Below are positions 12,701-25,855 of a DNA stretch of 64,000 nucleotides, one piece after another. Both the position numbers and the translations under genes were made by a program. The DNA lies in NCBI GenBank assembly GCA_964016885.1, contig CAXHJY010001195.1, positions 15,751 through 79,750 on the forward strand, in the 5' to 3' direction. The stretch is from Eledone cirrhosa. Taxonomy: Eukaryota. The notes beneath the pieces are model-generated. The model was not told the origin of the DNA. It did not search any database and saw only the letters and a program-made list of their open reading frames with translations. Numbering within the stretch: the first letter of the stretch is position 1; each line of letters opens with the position of its first letter.

Positions 12701-13560
12701 GACTTTCATGCGCATCACGTGTCCATACCAACGCAGCCTTCTCTCGAGTAAACAACATCTGATCCCTCTTATCTCTAATTTTTTCCTTAGTTCGTTTATG
12801 CTTTGCCGTTCACGTATATTACTGTTACACATCCAGCGGAGCATGCAAGCTTCGTTCCTCTCTAGTCTGCGTATATCCTCTGCACACAATGCCCAGGTCT
12901 CACTGCCATGCAACATTGCTGTTCGTATGCAGGCATCGTACAACCTGCCTTTCATTTTTAGGGAGAACCCTTTAGCAGCTAATAGTGGTATAAGCTCTCT
13001 GAACTTTTTCCAACCAGTTCTGACTCTAGCTACAGTACTTTCAGAGCACCCTCCCCCACTGCTGATTTTATCGCCCAGGTAACGGAAGCTGTCCACTATT
13101 TCTATAGAACCCTCTGCGCAATTGAAAGAGCTAGTATTTTGTGGGCACTTGCTGCTACTTATTGCACCAGAACACCGGCCACATGTAAAGTCTATGTTCT
13201 TAGTTAGCTTACCTGTGATCCCACTACATCTTTTATGCACCCATACTTTGCATTTAGGACATAAGATGGAGTTTCTACCTACGCCTTTCCTACATACCGA
13301 GCACGACCATTTCCCAGAAGGGACCGCCGCCTTGTTTTCTTTCCTACAAACTAGAACTTTGGTCTTAGCCAGGTTAATTTTAAGTCCTTTTGACTCTAGG
13401 CCGTGCTTCCATGTTTGGAATTTCTTCTCTAGCTCGGCCATTGATTCCGCTATGAGTGTCAGGTCGTCTGCGTATAGGAGTTCCCATGGGCAGCCTGTCT
13501 TGAACTCCTCTGTTATAGCCTGAAGGGCAATAATAAATAGTAGGGGGCTGAGAACAGAGA
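12700..13560 (-). mobile_element. RTE-clade LINE reverse transcriptase fragment with an internal C4HC3 PHD-like finger; 5'-truncated
   Basis: ORF 12665-13702 reads SVLSPLLF..LLYADDL..GLKINLAKTK..CSVC..CPKC..WVHKRC..CGRC..FRYLG..LHGSETW..LRWYGHVMRM. The N-terminal ~45 aa of that ORF are microsatellite. Confidence 0.95.
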
Positions 13561-13663
13561 TACACATACATACAAACACACACATGTGTGTATATAATAA
13601 TATATTATTATCACCATCATGAAAGATTTGTCTTAGCATCTCTGTGTTTTTCTTATATATATA

Positions 13664-13705
<42 letters not shown>

Positions 13706-13734
13706 TACATATACACACCCCTCCCACTACCCCA

Positions 13735-14080
13735 ACTCCCCCCCCCCATCAACACCACCCCTTTCTCTGTAAAGTTATGTTGGTACCACAACATCCAGTC
13801 CGAAATAAATGAGGTTGTGTAGGTGTCACGAAAAAAAAAAAACACACAGTCCACGCTGTAATGTGGCCGTGCAGGTAACAAGGTGACACGGTAAAAACCT
13901 CCCAGTCCACACTGTAAACGTGGTTGGTGTTAGGAAGGGCATCCAGCTGTAGAAAACCTGCCAAACAGTCCCATACGAGCGTGACGACCAATCTTGCCTC
14001 AAGTGGGACAATTCCCATCTAAACCCATGCTAGCGTGGAAGATAGACGTTAAACGATGATGATAATGATGATGATGATGA
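13735..14080 (+). mobile_element. RTE-tailed retroposon (long form)
   Basis: Near-identical to 53140-53446; (GAT)n tail. Confidence 0.88.
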
Positions 14081-14326
14081 TATATATATATATACATATA
14101 TATACATATATATACATATACATATATATCGTTGTTCTGGTCCTAGCGGCTCGCTTATCGGTGGCTGTCTTCAATTTGCTGAGCTGTCTTAACGTAATGT
14201 TATAACTCTAAGGTAAAATTCCTTATTGAGTGCTTTAGCTGCACATTCCGACTATATTCGTTAGCTTGGCTGCAGCCGGAGCTTCGATTATGCTGTACTT
14301 CCTTCTTGTATATATATATTTATATA

Positions 14327-14385
<59 letters not shown>

Positions 14386-14419
14386 ATATATATATATATA
14401 TCATCATCATCATTAAATC

Positions 14420-14592
14420 GACCTATTGCATTACTGGTACTTTATTTTATCAACCCCATAAGGATGAAAGGCAAAGCCAACCACAGCAGGATTTGAACTC
14501 AGAACATAAAGAGCCATAACTCTATGCTACAAAGCATGGCGTCCGACCCTCTACCAATACTGCCAAATCTACTGCCCTATACTAATAATAAT
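14420..14592 (-). mobile_element. tRNA-derived SINE
   Basis: Reverse complement of the 3966 family (ctggtactttattttatc..ggatttgaactcag..ctgcca). Confidence 0.88.
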
Positions 14593-14593
14593 A

Positions 14594-14860
14594 ATGAAAT
14601 CATCATTGCTTGGAAGTGCCAGAGTCCTCCCCTGCGTTCTTCAAGCATGACCAGTAAACAAGTGTCACCTTGTTGGAGACAGTTGACACCTTCTATAATC
14701 TCCAGAATAAAGCTGAGTTTTTCACCAGGAAATATTAATATTAAAGATTTCTAAATTATAAAAATGATTTCATAATAATAATAATGGTTTATTTATTTAT
14801 TCATTATCATTATTATTATTATTATTTCATAATAATAATAATAATAATAATGATGATGAT
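14594..14860 (+). mobile_element. R4/Dong-like non-LTR element 3' end within (TAA)n
   Basis: 14594-14650 encodes MKSSLLGSARVLPCVLQA*, resembling the terminal KxALLGTARILRxVL motif of R4-clade elements. It is flanked by (TAA)n. Confidence 0.5.
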
Positions 14861-15384
14861 ATCTTTATTGGCCACAAGGGCTGGATGATAATGATTGATA
14901 ATGATGACATCATATCAACATGAAATTTTGATAGTTGTCAGTCTGGGAGATTTTTTTTTTTTCTTGTTTTATGAAAGAAAAAAAGGGAAATAAAATAGTA
15001 GTAAAGAGAATGAAAAAAATACATCACCACCATCAGTGGCTACAACAGCAACAACAGTAACAACAACACCTCTCCCATCACATTGCCATCACAATCACTA
15101 ACAACAACACCAACCAAGGTAACAACAACATCTCTTTCCTAACTCTGACACAACCATCACTGGCCACAACACCACCTCTCCCCTAACCATCACCACCAAC
15201 AACAGTAACAACAATACCTGCCCACCCGCCCGCCCCTAACTCTGTCATTACCATCTCTGGCAACAATAACAACAACAGCAATACCCCACGCCTAACTCTG
15301 CCATCACCATCACTGACAACAACAGCAAGAGTAGCAACAACAACAACAGCTCTCCCCTAACACTTCCATCATCATCACTGGCAA

Positions 15385-15589
15385 CAACAACAACAACAGT
15401 AACAATAACAATGACCAAGACGAGGGTGCACACAACAACAACAACAACAACAACAAGACAAGAGAACAACAACAACAGTAACAATAACAATGACCAAGGC
15501 GAGGGTGCACACAACAACAACAACAACAACAACAAGACAAGAGAACAACAACAACAGTAACAATAACAATGACCAAGACGAGGGTGCAC

Positions 15590-15626
<37 letters not shown>

Positions 15627-15680
15627 GACAAGAGAACAACAACAACAGTAACAATAACAATGACCAAGACGAGGGTGCAC

Positions 15681-15714
<34 letters not shown>

Positions 15715-15725
15715 GACAAGAGAAA
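15385..15725. repeat. Minisatellite, 4 copies of cagtaacaataacaatgaccaagacgagggtgcaca(caa)n-gacaagagaa
   Basis: Read directly from sequence; unit ~80-90 bp with variable (CAA)n. Confidence 0.92.
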
Positions 15726-15929
15726 GATGAGATGTCAGCATGTTTTTTGGCAGTTATTGTTGAGGTCTAATGTCTTAATTAAATGTCAATAACTCGTTTG
15801 ATGTTAACGAAGGAGTAATTCATCAAGATTTGATTGGATACACTCTAGTAATGAAACTACTACTACTACTACTCTTGAAATTTGGAGGGGGAGGAGGGGG
15901 TGTGGTACCTATATTGTCCTGCTGTAGTG

Positions 15930-16450
15930 TTTGTGGTGGGGTGGGGTGCAGTGTAGTGTGGTGGTGTGATGTGGTGTGGGGGTGTAGTGTGGTGTGATGT
16001 GGGGTGTAGTGTAGTGTGATGTGGTGTGGGGGTGTAGTGGTGTCATGTGTGGGGGTGTAGGGGTGTGATGTGGGGTGGAGGTGTAGTGTGGTGTGGGGGT
16101 GTACTGTAGTGTGATGTGGTAAACAGTAGTGTAGTCCATGTGGTATAGTGTAGCGTGCTGTGATGTGGTATAGTGTGGTGTTGTGTGGTGTGGTAGTGCG
16201 GTTTGGAAGTGTGGTGTAGTGTGGTGAGGTAGTATGGTGAGGAAGTATGGTGTAGTGTTAAGCAGTAGTGAGTCGCTGTGGTTTAGTGTGTAGTGTTTGT
16301 GCTGTAGTGTGTTCCTGTGGTTTAGTGGTAAAGATTGTTGTGTTGTATAGTATTACTATGTATCATTAATGTAGTGAGGTAGTAAAGAAGTAGTGTAGTC
16401 ACTGTGGTGTGGTCTGGTGTAAAGGAGCTGTGCAGTGGTGTGATGTGGTT
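15930..16450. repeat. Degenerate (GTGTA/GTGTG)n pentanucleotide repeat
   Basis: Read directly from sequence. Confidence 0.85.
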
Positions 16451-16559
16451 TGAATGAAGGTAACAAAATAAATATATGAATTAATATAAAGGTGAGAGAG
16501 AGAGAGAGAGATGTAGATAGACAAATAGATACCGATAGACACACACACACACACATATA

Positions 16560-16706
<147 letters not shown>

Positions 16707-17454
16707 AAGAGGGAGAATGAGAGAGAGAGAGAGAGAAAGAAAGAGGGAGAGCGGGAGCAGGAGACAGAGAGAGCAAGGGAGAGAAATAAAAAGATGGATG
16801 CTTGGATAGATCACAAATATTATGGATGCACATACATGCATACAATAAGACACACACACATATATATATATTTATAAACAGATACATAAACAAAGAGAAA
16901 ACGTGAGCATACAGAAGCTATTTTCACTACCAAAACACACAAGCACACATGTATCCACATACACAGCTATTTTAACAACACACATACACAAATGTAAACA
17001 TACACACACATATATAATGGTAACTGACAGATTGATTGGTCAGTCACAACTGACAGTAATGCAAAAACAAAAACAAAATACATACTATAAATTAATAAAT
17101 AAATAACAACAATAAAACCCTAACCAAATAAAAAAGAAGACATTGAATAATGTATGGCAGCAATAGTGTCATAGCCAAAAAAATATCAGGAATGACCAGC
17201 CAAGCACCAATAGTCCAAAACAACAACACCTACAACAACAACAACAAAAGCACTACCACCACCAACAACAACAAATAAAACATAATATAACAAAATTCAT
17301 ATAATAATAATAATAATAATAATGGTAATAATAATAATAAAATAATATACAACTCCCCAAAATCTCAAAAATCTCAGCAAACAGATGAACCATGTTCTGT
17401 GGGGCCTCCAATGAAATCATTCAGGCTTTTGTGGAGCAGGGGGCAGAGACAGGG

Positions 17455-18527
17455 CTGTATAGTGTTGTTAGTAGTGATGGTGGTAGTGGTGTTGATTGTG
17501 GTGCTGTTGGTGGTATTTGTAGTGATGGCTGTTGTGGTGTTGGTTGTGGTGTTGCTAGTGATGGCTGTTGTGGTGTTGGTTGTGGTGTTGATGGTGGTGT
17601 TGATGGTGGTGTTGGTAGTGTTATTGCTGGTGGTGTTTGTAGTGATGGCTGTTGTATGGTGTTGGTTGTGGTGTTCACGGTGGTGTTGGTGTTGGTAGTG
17701 TTGTTGCTGGTGGTGTTTGTAGTGATGGCAGTAGTGGTGTTGGTAGTGGTATTTGTAGTGATGGCAGTAGTGATGTTGGTTGTGATGTTGATGGTGGTGT
17801 TGTTGTTGGTGTTGCTGATGTTGTAATTCTTGGTGATGATGGTGATGATGGTGATGGTGGTGGTGGTGTAATTGTTGTAGTTGGTATTGTTGTTGCTGAT
17901 GATGTAATTCTTGGTGGTAGTGGTGGTGGTGGTGGTGGTGGTGGTGGTGGTGGTGTTGTAGTTGTTATTGTTGTTGATGTTGTAATTCTTGGTGGTGGTG
18001 GTGATGATGGTGATGATGGTGTTGTTGTAGTTGTTATTGTTGTTGTTGATGTTGTAATTCTTGGTGGTGGTGTAATTGTTGTAGTTGTTATTGCATTCGT
18101 TGTCATTGTTAATGTTGTTGCTGATGTTGATGTTACCACTGGTCTGGCCAATGATAGTGATGTTATTGTTGGTGATATTGTTGTTGTTGTTGTTGTTGTT
18201 GATTTTGCTATTGCTGGTCTGGTTGATGATGATGCTTTTATAATTATTGGTGATGTCATGGTGGTGATGGTGACGGCAGTGTTGGTTTTGCTGCTGTTGT
18301 TGTTATTGTTGTCAATGTTGTAGGTGTTGCTAATGGTGTGGTTGTTGTTGATGTTATTGCCATGGTTGCCATTGCTGTTGTTGACATAGTAATAGTAGTG
18401 GTGGTGGTGGTGACAGTAGTAATAGGAATAGTAGTAGTGGTAGTAGTGGTATGTTTATAAAGATGGTATGGTGGTTGTAGTAGTAATAGTAGCAATGGAA
18501 TTGGTGGTGGTAGTACTACTAGTAGTA

Positions 18528-18560
<33 letters not shown>

Positions 18561-18682
18561 CGATGGAAGTGGTGGTGGTAGTACTACTAGTAGTACAGTA
18601 GTATAGTAGTAGTAGTAGTAGCGATGGAAGTGGTGGTGGTGGTAGTAGTAGTATAGTAGTAGTAGTAGTAGCGATGGAAGTG

Positions 18683-18724
<42 letters not shown>

Positions 18725-18750
18725 CTAGTAGTAGTAGTAGTAGCGATGGA

Positions 18751-18803
<53 letters not shown>

Positions 18804-18805
18804 GC
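17455..18805. repeat. Compound (GTT/GGT/GAT/TAG)n trinucleotide region
   Basis: Read directly from sequence; source of the poly-V/G/T ORFs. Confidence 0.9.
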
Positions 18806-20134
18806 AAGGTCACGCTGCAGTAGGTCTGAATGGTTTTAAGCACTAGAATCCAATTTGAACTTGTTATACTTCCCATCATACATCATACATCACACGCTTT
18901 GCTAACTTTTAATAGAAGCACACAAACATTTTTTTTATATATCTATCAACATGTATGTATATATGTATGTACATATGTATATATGTATTGATGTATGCAT
19001 ATATATATATATATGTGTGTGTATTTATGTATATATGTATGTACGTATGTATTGATGTATATATATATATATATGCATGCATGCATAAATGTGTGTATCT
19101 TTATATATACGTGTGTGTATGTTTAGGGATAGAGCTTTTCCATATATGTACTCATGTGTGTGAAGGTGTATGAGTATGGATGAAAAATGTATGTGTAGGA
19201 ATGGGGGTTAAAAAAATGTATATATGTATATATGTATATGTGTATATGTGATGAGGTGAATGCTTGTGAGTGTGAGTATACAGCAAGACTGCACTTTCAT
19301 GTATGTGTGTGTGTGTGTGTATATATAGAGAATGTGCTTTTATGTATGAGCCTATATGCAGATGTGTATGTGTGTGATTGAGTGTGTATGTGTATTTATG
19401 AGTATGTAGGGGGTAGATTGGAGTGTGTGGGGAGGCACAAAAAATCAAGCAACCATATCAACAAATGGTGCAATCTTTTATTTATATTTATATTTTATTT
19501 TATTTATATTTATTTCTATTTTTATTTTTGTCTTCGGGCAAATTTTATTTATTTATTCAATTATTTATTTTTGTTATTGTTTATTATTATTATTATTATT
19601 ATTATTATTTATTAGAGGGATGGGTAGGTAGGTATTGAAGAAGGGACAGAAAGTATATTCAGAATTTACTGCGACAAATGTTAACATCAGTATCAACCAC
19701 AACTACAACAAATGTGACAATGATGATGACGATGGCAATGATGAAGCAGACGATGACAACAACAATGAAATCTGCTCTGGTTCTATGAAATAAACCACTC
19801 ATTTTTACAAGGTTTCTATCATATTTGAATTGAAATCTAACAAAATGTTGTATAAGAATCAAATAGTACTCAGTACACATTACTAAGTAAAGAAATAATT
19901 AATAATTTCAGTAAATTTTTCAAATTTCTCCATTAATTAACTGATACATAGTGTACGTAATTAGAAATATCACCATGAAAGGGTTTATTTATTTTAATCC
20001 AGATGTTTCTTTTAATAACAAACCCACTGAAAAACCCCTTATATATAAGTAATAAATAGTGCTTTACTATTTCTTCTGACATATTTTATTTATATATATA
20101 TATAGTTATGTAATAAACAACATAAGGCAATTAA

Positions 20135-20193
20135 TTCATTTACCAGTGGTTTCTTGAAAGCAAACAAATTTTGCTTTCAATCATCAGAATGAA
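20135..20193 (-). ncRNA. Minimal type I hammerhead ribozyme motif
   Basis: Minus strand reads ttcatt CTGATGA ttgaaagcaaa atttg tttgctttcaa GAAA CC act GG TA aatgaa. This gives a perfect 6-bp stem I, a perfect 11-bp stem II, a 3-bp stem III and a GUA cleavage triplet. Confidence 0.82.
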
Positions 20194-20371
20194 AAAATCC
20201 TGGTGTATTTATTGACATTGGATTTTAAAAACAAAAATATAATCTATATGAAAGTGAGGCTAGAAAAGGAAGAAGGAAAGGAAAAATAAACACACATGCA
20301 CACACACACACACACACATATAGATACACACACATATATATATACATACACATATATATATACATACACAT

Positions 20372-20416
<45 letters not shown>

Positions 20417-20506
20417 CATACACATATACATACACGTACACATACACATACATATACATATACATACATACACATATATATCAAGATATCCATACATACA
20501 CATACA

Positions 20507-20550
<44 letters not shown>

Positions 20551-20803
20551 TATAGATATATGTGTACACACACATACATACGCACACACACAAATAATTA
20601 TAAGAAAAAATATAATAATAAAAATACCGTCACATAAGAATAAAAATAAATGTAAAAATTATCATAAAGTTGACAGCGATACAGGCAACAAATAAATGAA
20701 CACATGTGGTAAGCAATACACACAATTGCACATACACATACATACATATAAATAAATACATACACACACACACACACATACACATACATATACACATATA
20801 CAG

Positions 20804-20840
<37 letters not shown>

Positions 20841-20948
20841 CATATACACACACACATACACATACATATAAATACATACACACACATGTATGTGTGTAAA
20901 ACTCATTCTTAGATGTATTCATTGAACCTTATTTAACTCTTAAATATA

Positions 20949-21026
<78 letters not shown>

Positions 21027-21159
21027 CACACACACATATATATAAGAAAATACATATTATATATATATAAAAAAATAAAAAGGTGAAAGGGGTAAACAAA
21101 TAGTTGGGAATATACAAATACACACATATATACATACATATACATATATATATACATAT

Positions 21160-21210
21160 AGGAAACAGTATGACCCCGACGGCAGAGCTCAAGCCGTTTC
21201 TGAGGCTATT
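21160..21210 (+). repeat. Fragment of the (TA)n-associated fold-back family (one arm)
   Basis: aggaaacagtatgaccccgacggcagagctcaagccgtttc matches 53550-53590. Confidence 0.8.
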
Positions 21211-21356
21211 ATATATATACACACAAACAATTATATAAAAATACACATATACACACACCCACACATATCTACAAAAAGTTACGTCACCACCTTAATAAAA
21301 ATACACACACACATATGTAAACACACACACACATATGTATATATAAATATATATAT

Positions 21357-21870
21357 TTTGATGTTGCAATGGGTTCATATGACAGTGCGGATGTGTGTGA
21401 CTTAGTAGGATTATTCCTTCTCCACACCCTTAAAGAGAAATTTCCTTCCCATAATATCGGTTTATACCATGACGACGGCAGTTTCTCATACCACCAACGG
21501 CCATAACCTTGATAAATTCCGTAAAGATTTAATCAATACTTTTGCTAATCTTAACCTTGAAATCACTATAGATATGAACCTTACCAATGCTAACTTTCTT
21601 GACATTAATCTTGATCTACTTACTGCCTCTTTTAAACCTAACGAAAATCTTAGATATATACACAAAGAATTTTGCCATCCCCCTATAGTTTTTAAAAATC
21701 TTATTCCCAACATTAGCCGTAGGATTTTTACCTTATCTTCATCTCTAGACATTTTTAATAAAGCTGCCCTTTATTATAATAAAGCCCTTAATAACAGCGG
21801 ATTTACAGAACACATTAATTATTTACCTACTCCTCCCCCTAAAACTAACCACAATAATAGGAAAAGGAAA
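21357..21870 (+). mobile_element. Penelope-like element (PLE) reverse transcriptase fragment, frameshifted
   Basis: 21357-21483 reads FDVAMGSYDSADVCDLVGLFLL..NIGLYHDDG (compare the PLE motif MGSYDGAEVCELVG..GLYRDDG). The shifted frame continues NFLDINLDL..YIHKEFCHPP..KNLIPNISRRIFTLSS..YNKALNNSGF. Confidence 0.88.
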
Positions 21871-21954
21871 AGTTCTGTAAATCCGCTGTTATTAGGGGCA
21901 CTTGAACTCCAAATGTAGAAAGTTTTAACTAAATATCACAAAGAATTTTGTCCA

Positions 21955-22126
21955 TAGTTCCACAATTTTATGTAGGAAATTTGGTAAAAAATATTCTCCA
22001 AACACAAACCAAATTATGAGAAAATTATCAATCGTTGATAAATCCCTCAAAATTTTTCATTATTTTCAAAATATTTTGCAAACCATAGGCTGTCTTTCAT
22101 TAGAAATCTGATAATGAAAGAGTTAA
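21955..22126 (-). mobile_element. Degenerate end of a TTAA-flanked (piggyBac-like) non-autonomous element
   Basis: ...gtctttcattagaaatctgataatgaaagagttaa is the reverse complement of the ttaaccc/tcttttgttaccatatttctaatgaaagac ends at 41.6-42.8 kb. Confidence 0.5.
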
Positions 22127-22367
22127 GACTGCTAAGTAAAAAAAGTGACAAGATATTTTTTATGTCTTATAAAGAAGTAGGCTATTTTTTATCCTCCCTA
22201 ACCTAACCTCCATCTTGCTGACAGTGTTAGCCTAGTGGCCTAGAATAAGTAGAGATGACATACTTACTAAACAACAATAGAGAATAAAAGCAACATGAGG
22301 AGACGCTAAATAATTTCTAGGTGAGAATAAACGGACAAAGAAACATACACTGAAGATGATTAGAAGA

Positions 22368-22462
<95 letters not shown>

Positions 22463-22625
22463 CAACATTTATAAGCCATTTGCTGGAAGTTGAAAAAGAA
22501 ATCTAGTTTATGTGTGTATGTATACATGCATGCATGTATATAGAAGCAGGTATGTGTTTATGTGTGTGTGTATATATATATATATATAGAGAGAGAGATA
22601 ACTAGAGTGATACATAAACAAGTAG

Positions 22626-22676
<51 letters not shown>

Positions 22677-22876
22677 GTGCATGTATTCTAGAAATTTGCA
22701 GGCATCAGCTCAAACTCTTACCTCAGCCAATTAATCAAGGAACCCACCTGCTTCAGTGTTCCTCCAAATACAGATCAATCTCTCCTTCTTGTTATTGTAG
22801 TTCTTATAGTTGTTGTGTTAGTTCTGTGTATGTTATGGTTGTTGTTATTGGTGTTTATCACTGTCTGTGTCTGTGT

Positions 22877-22926
<50 letters not shown>

Positions 22927-23196
22927 TTGTAGGTTCCTTTGTTTATTAGTTAGTGTGGGTGTTTTATTTTTGGCACAGTTTTGTGGTGTTTTAGTCTTTG
23001 GCTTTTTTATTTCTTTTCATATCATAGCTTCAATAATAATAATAATAACAACAACAACAATAATGAAGCAAAATAAAACAACAACAACATCAACAGCATC
23101 AACAACAATAACCAGCATCATATATAGACATCTATGCTCTAATGTTCTGCACATTATAAATAAAAAAAAAAATACAGAGATACTCATATCCGTGTG

Positions 23197-23269
<73 letters not shown>

Positions 23270-23337
23270 TGATGGCGAGAGAGGTAGATATATGTATGTA
23301 TACATATATACACACAAACATATATTTGTATATATGT

Positions 23338-23380
<43 letters not shown>

Positions 23381-23449
23381 TTTATATATATATTTATATA
23401 TATATATATATATATATATTTTTTTCATTTATATATATATATATATTTC

Positions 23450-23481
<32 letters not shown>

Positions 23482-23775
23482 TACACACAGATATATTGCA
23501 AATTCATTTGCATGCTTTGTATTGCTTTTCTTTCTGTGTCTATTTTTTATTCTCCTCATTTAATACTGCATCTCTCAATGCATTTGCATTTTTTCTCCTT
23601 TCAGACTTATTTCAAAAGACATCAAGAAAACTCCTCTTCTTGCCTGTCTTTTAAGCCAAAAATGTTCACAAACTTGAAAAATAATGTGGAAAAGAAAAAC
23701 TGAATTAAATACATAAATAAACACCCTTCTATGTATCTATATATATATATTAATATATATATGTATGTGTGTATG

Positions 23776-23817
<42 letters not shown>

Positions 23818-23850
<33 letters not shown>

Positions 23851-24233
23851 CCGTTTTACGTCCGTTCTTCCACGCTAGCATGGGTTAGACGGGTTGTCCT
23901 GTTGTGGGCAGTGTCTGGTCGGCTGACCATGCTTTGCTCATACAGGAACTGATTTGGCTTGATTTCTACAGCTGGATGCCCTTCCTAACACCAACCTCAT
24001 TTACAGTGAGTGCTGGGTGCTTTTTCATGGCGCCTACACGTCCACTTTACAGTGTGGGCTGGGTGCTTTTTTGCCGTGGCACCTCCACGACCACCTTGCT
24101 GTGTGGGATGTGGGGGCATATTGTCTATATGCTTCAGCTTGTACCCATGGGAGGTCGGGTACTCTGTACTACTGCGTGACGCCAGAAGTCACAGTCGTGT
24201 GTCATTGCCTTTGAGAGGTATAATTGGGTAAGG

Positions 24234-24236
<3 letters not shown>
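23818..24236 (-). mobile_element. 3' end of the same RTE LINE as 1-916 (last ORF codons plus long 3' UTR)
   Basis: Reverse complement aligns colinearly with 510-916 at high identity. Confidence 0.92.
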
Positions 24237-24282
<46 letters not shown>

Positions 24283-24551
24283 GTGTGTGTGTATAAAGAG
24301 GAAACTAATTTACATTTTTTTCTGAATTATATTTACTTGTATATATAAACTTTGTGTTTTCAATATATAGTTATTATATTATATATACATATAAGTGTAC
24401 GAGTACCGTCTGGTTTAGTATAGGTACACTATATCCCAGCATGTTGTAAGAAGCAACTAAAAGGTTTGGTCGTGTCAGGAAGGGCATTGGGCTGTAAAAC
24501 ATTGCCTGAGAAAGTCCCCTCCAAAAGGAATATCTTTGACCGAAAGCAATG

Positions 24552-25038
24552 CTGAGGATCTCAAAGTGGGTACTACCACACCCCGGGGGTCGTTGAGAAA
24601 GTCCAGAGGGGCGCTGGGGCCTAATGGGGCAATGAGGGAGGGGACGATAGAGATGATATAATAGTATATTGAATATCAAATGATACATATTATATATAAA
24701 TATAGTAAAATAAAAAAATATTTAATATTCATTTATACATGGATTGGCAGTATTGGTAGAGGGCCAGACGCCATGGTTTGCAGCATAGAGTTACGTCCTT
24801 TTACGGTCTGAGTTCAAATCCCACTGACGTTAACTTTGCCTTTCATCTTTACGGGGTCGATAGAATAAAGTACCAGTAATACACTGGGCTTGTGTCAAAA
24901 GTAGAAACAATTGTTTATCATATATAAATTAATGATTTTCTTTACTATATTTATTTACAATCTGCTTGTAGTTGGGGGGGGGGGGGGCATTATGTGGTGG
25001 TGAGGGGGTCAGTGGCCCAAAAAGTTTGAAACCTCTGT
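24552..25038. mobile_element. Degenerate hAT-like non-autonomous element with a nested SINE (24740-24915, +)
   Basis: Ends ctgaggatctcaaagtggg and aaaagtttgaaacctctg resemble Charlie-type TIRs. The internal SINE has A/B boxes and the core. Confidence 0.5.
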
Positions 25039-25236
25039 TCTACAGCATGGTTCCTGATGATGATGATGTAACAAGTTGTAACAAGTTTTTTTTTCTTGGT
25101 GGTGGCGTTGGTGGGGGTGGTGATGGGGTGGGGGTTAAGCCTGAAACAATCTTTACAAATACTCTAAATCAATTGTGTTTATTTGGAATTGGGATTAGAA
25201 TCTGGTAAAAGAGAAAAATTGAATAGTTTGATGTAA

Positions 25237-25855
25237 TCTCTATATATAAAACTGAGGATGTCTGTGTGTGTGTGTGAGTTTGAATCTCTAAAACTCGAGA
25301 AGTACCCAACCGATTTTTTTCAAACTTTACATGTGTATTACTTATGTTTCAGGGAGTGTTATGCACATACAATTCCACTTTTTGATCCCCCAGGGCCAGC
25401 ATTAGGTGAAAAACTGCGTTTTTTCAGCATTTTAGGTTTTTTTTTAGGCGTTACGTCAGACCGATTTCCTTGAAATTGTAACTACGTATTAGTCAGTCTC
25501 TTCTTCATACCGTGAGCAAAGAAAATCCAACTTTTTTATGGCCTAGGGCCTGCATTAGGTGAAAAACATAATTTTTTCAGCTTTTTATGGCTTTTTTTAG
25601 GCGTTACCTCTAGCCAATTTTCCATATTATGCACATAAAAAATTTATTTTCTTGATCCCCTAGGGCCTGCATTAGGTGAAACCCTGCATTTTTGCTGCTT
25701 CATTGAGGAAAATCTTAAAGATTATCCAGCCATCAGAGTATTCGGTTTATTTTCTTTACATATTGTCGAGGCATGCAGTTTTTCCACGATTAGGTGTGTT
25801 GGCAGCCCGCATTCCAAAATACCTTATCCCATGCAACGCCGGGTACCACTGCTAG
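25237..25855 (+). mobile_element. Non-autonomous Helitron
   Basis: 5' TC(tctatatataaaa), 3' GC-rich hairpin cccatgcaacgccggg (25828-43) then CTAG (25852-55). It lies between A and T with no TSD and has three internal subrepeats (agggcc.gcattaggtgaaa). Confidence 0.88.

Noticed and set aside
15385-15725. Regularly spaced repeats suggesting a CRISPR array (also 50280-50645 and 8728-9283)
   Set aside because: The spacers are microsatellite rather than unique sequence, the context is eukaryotic and there are no cas genes.
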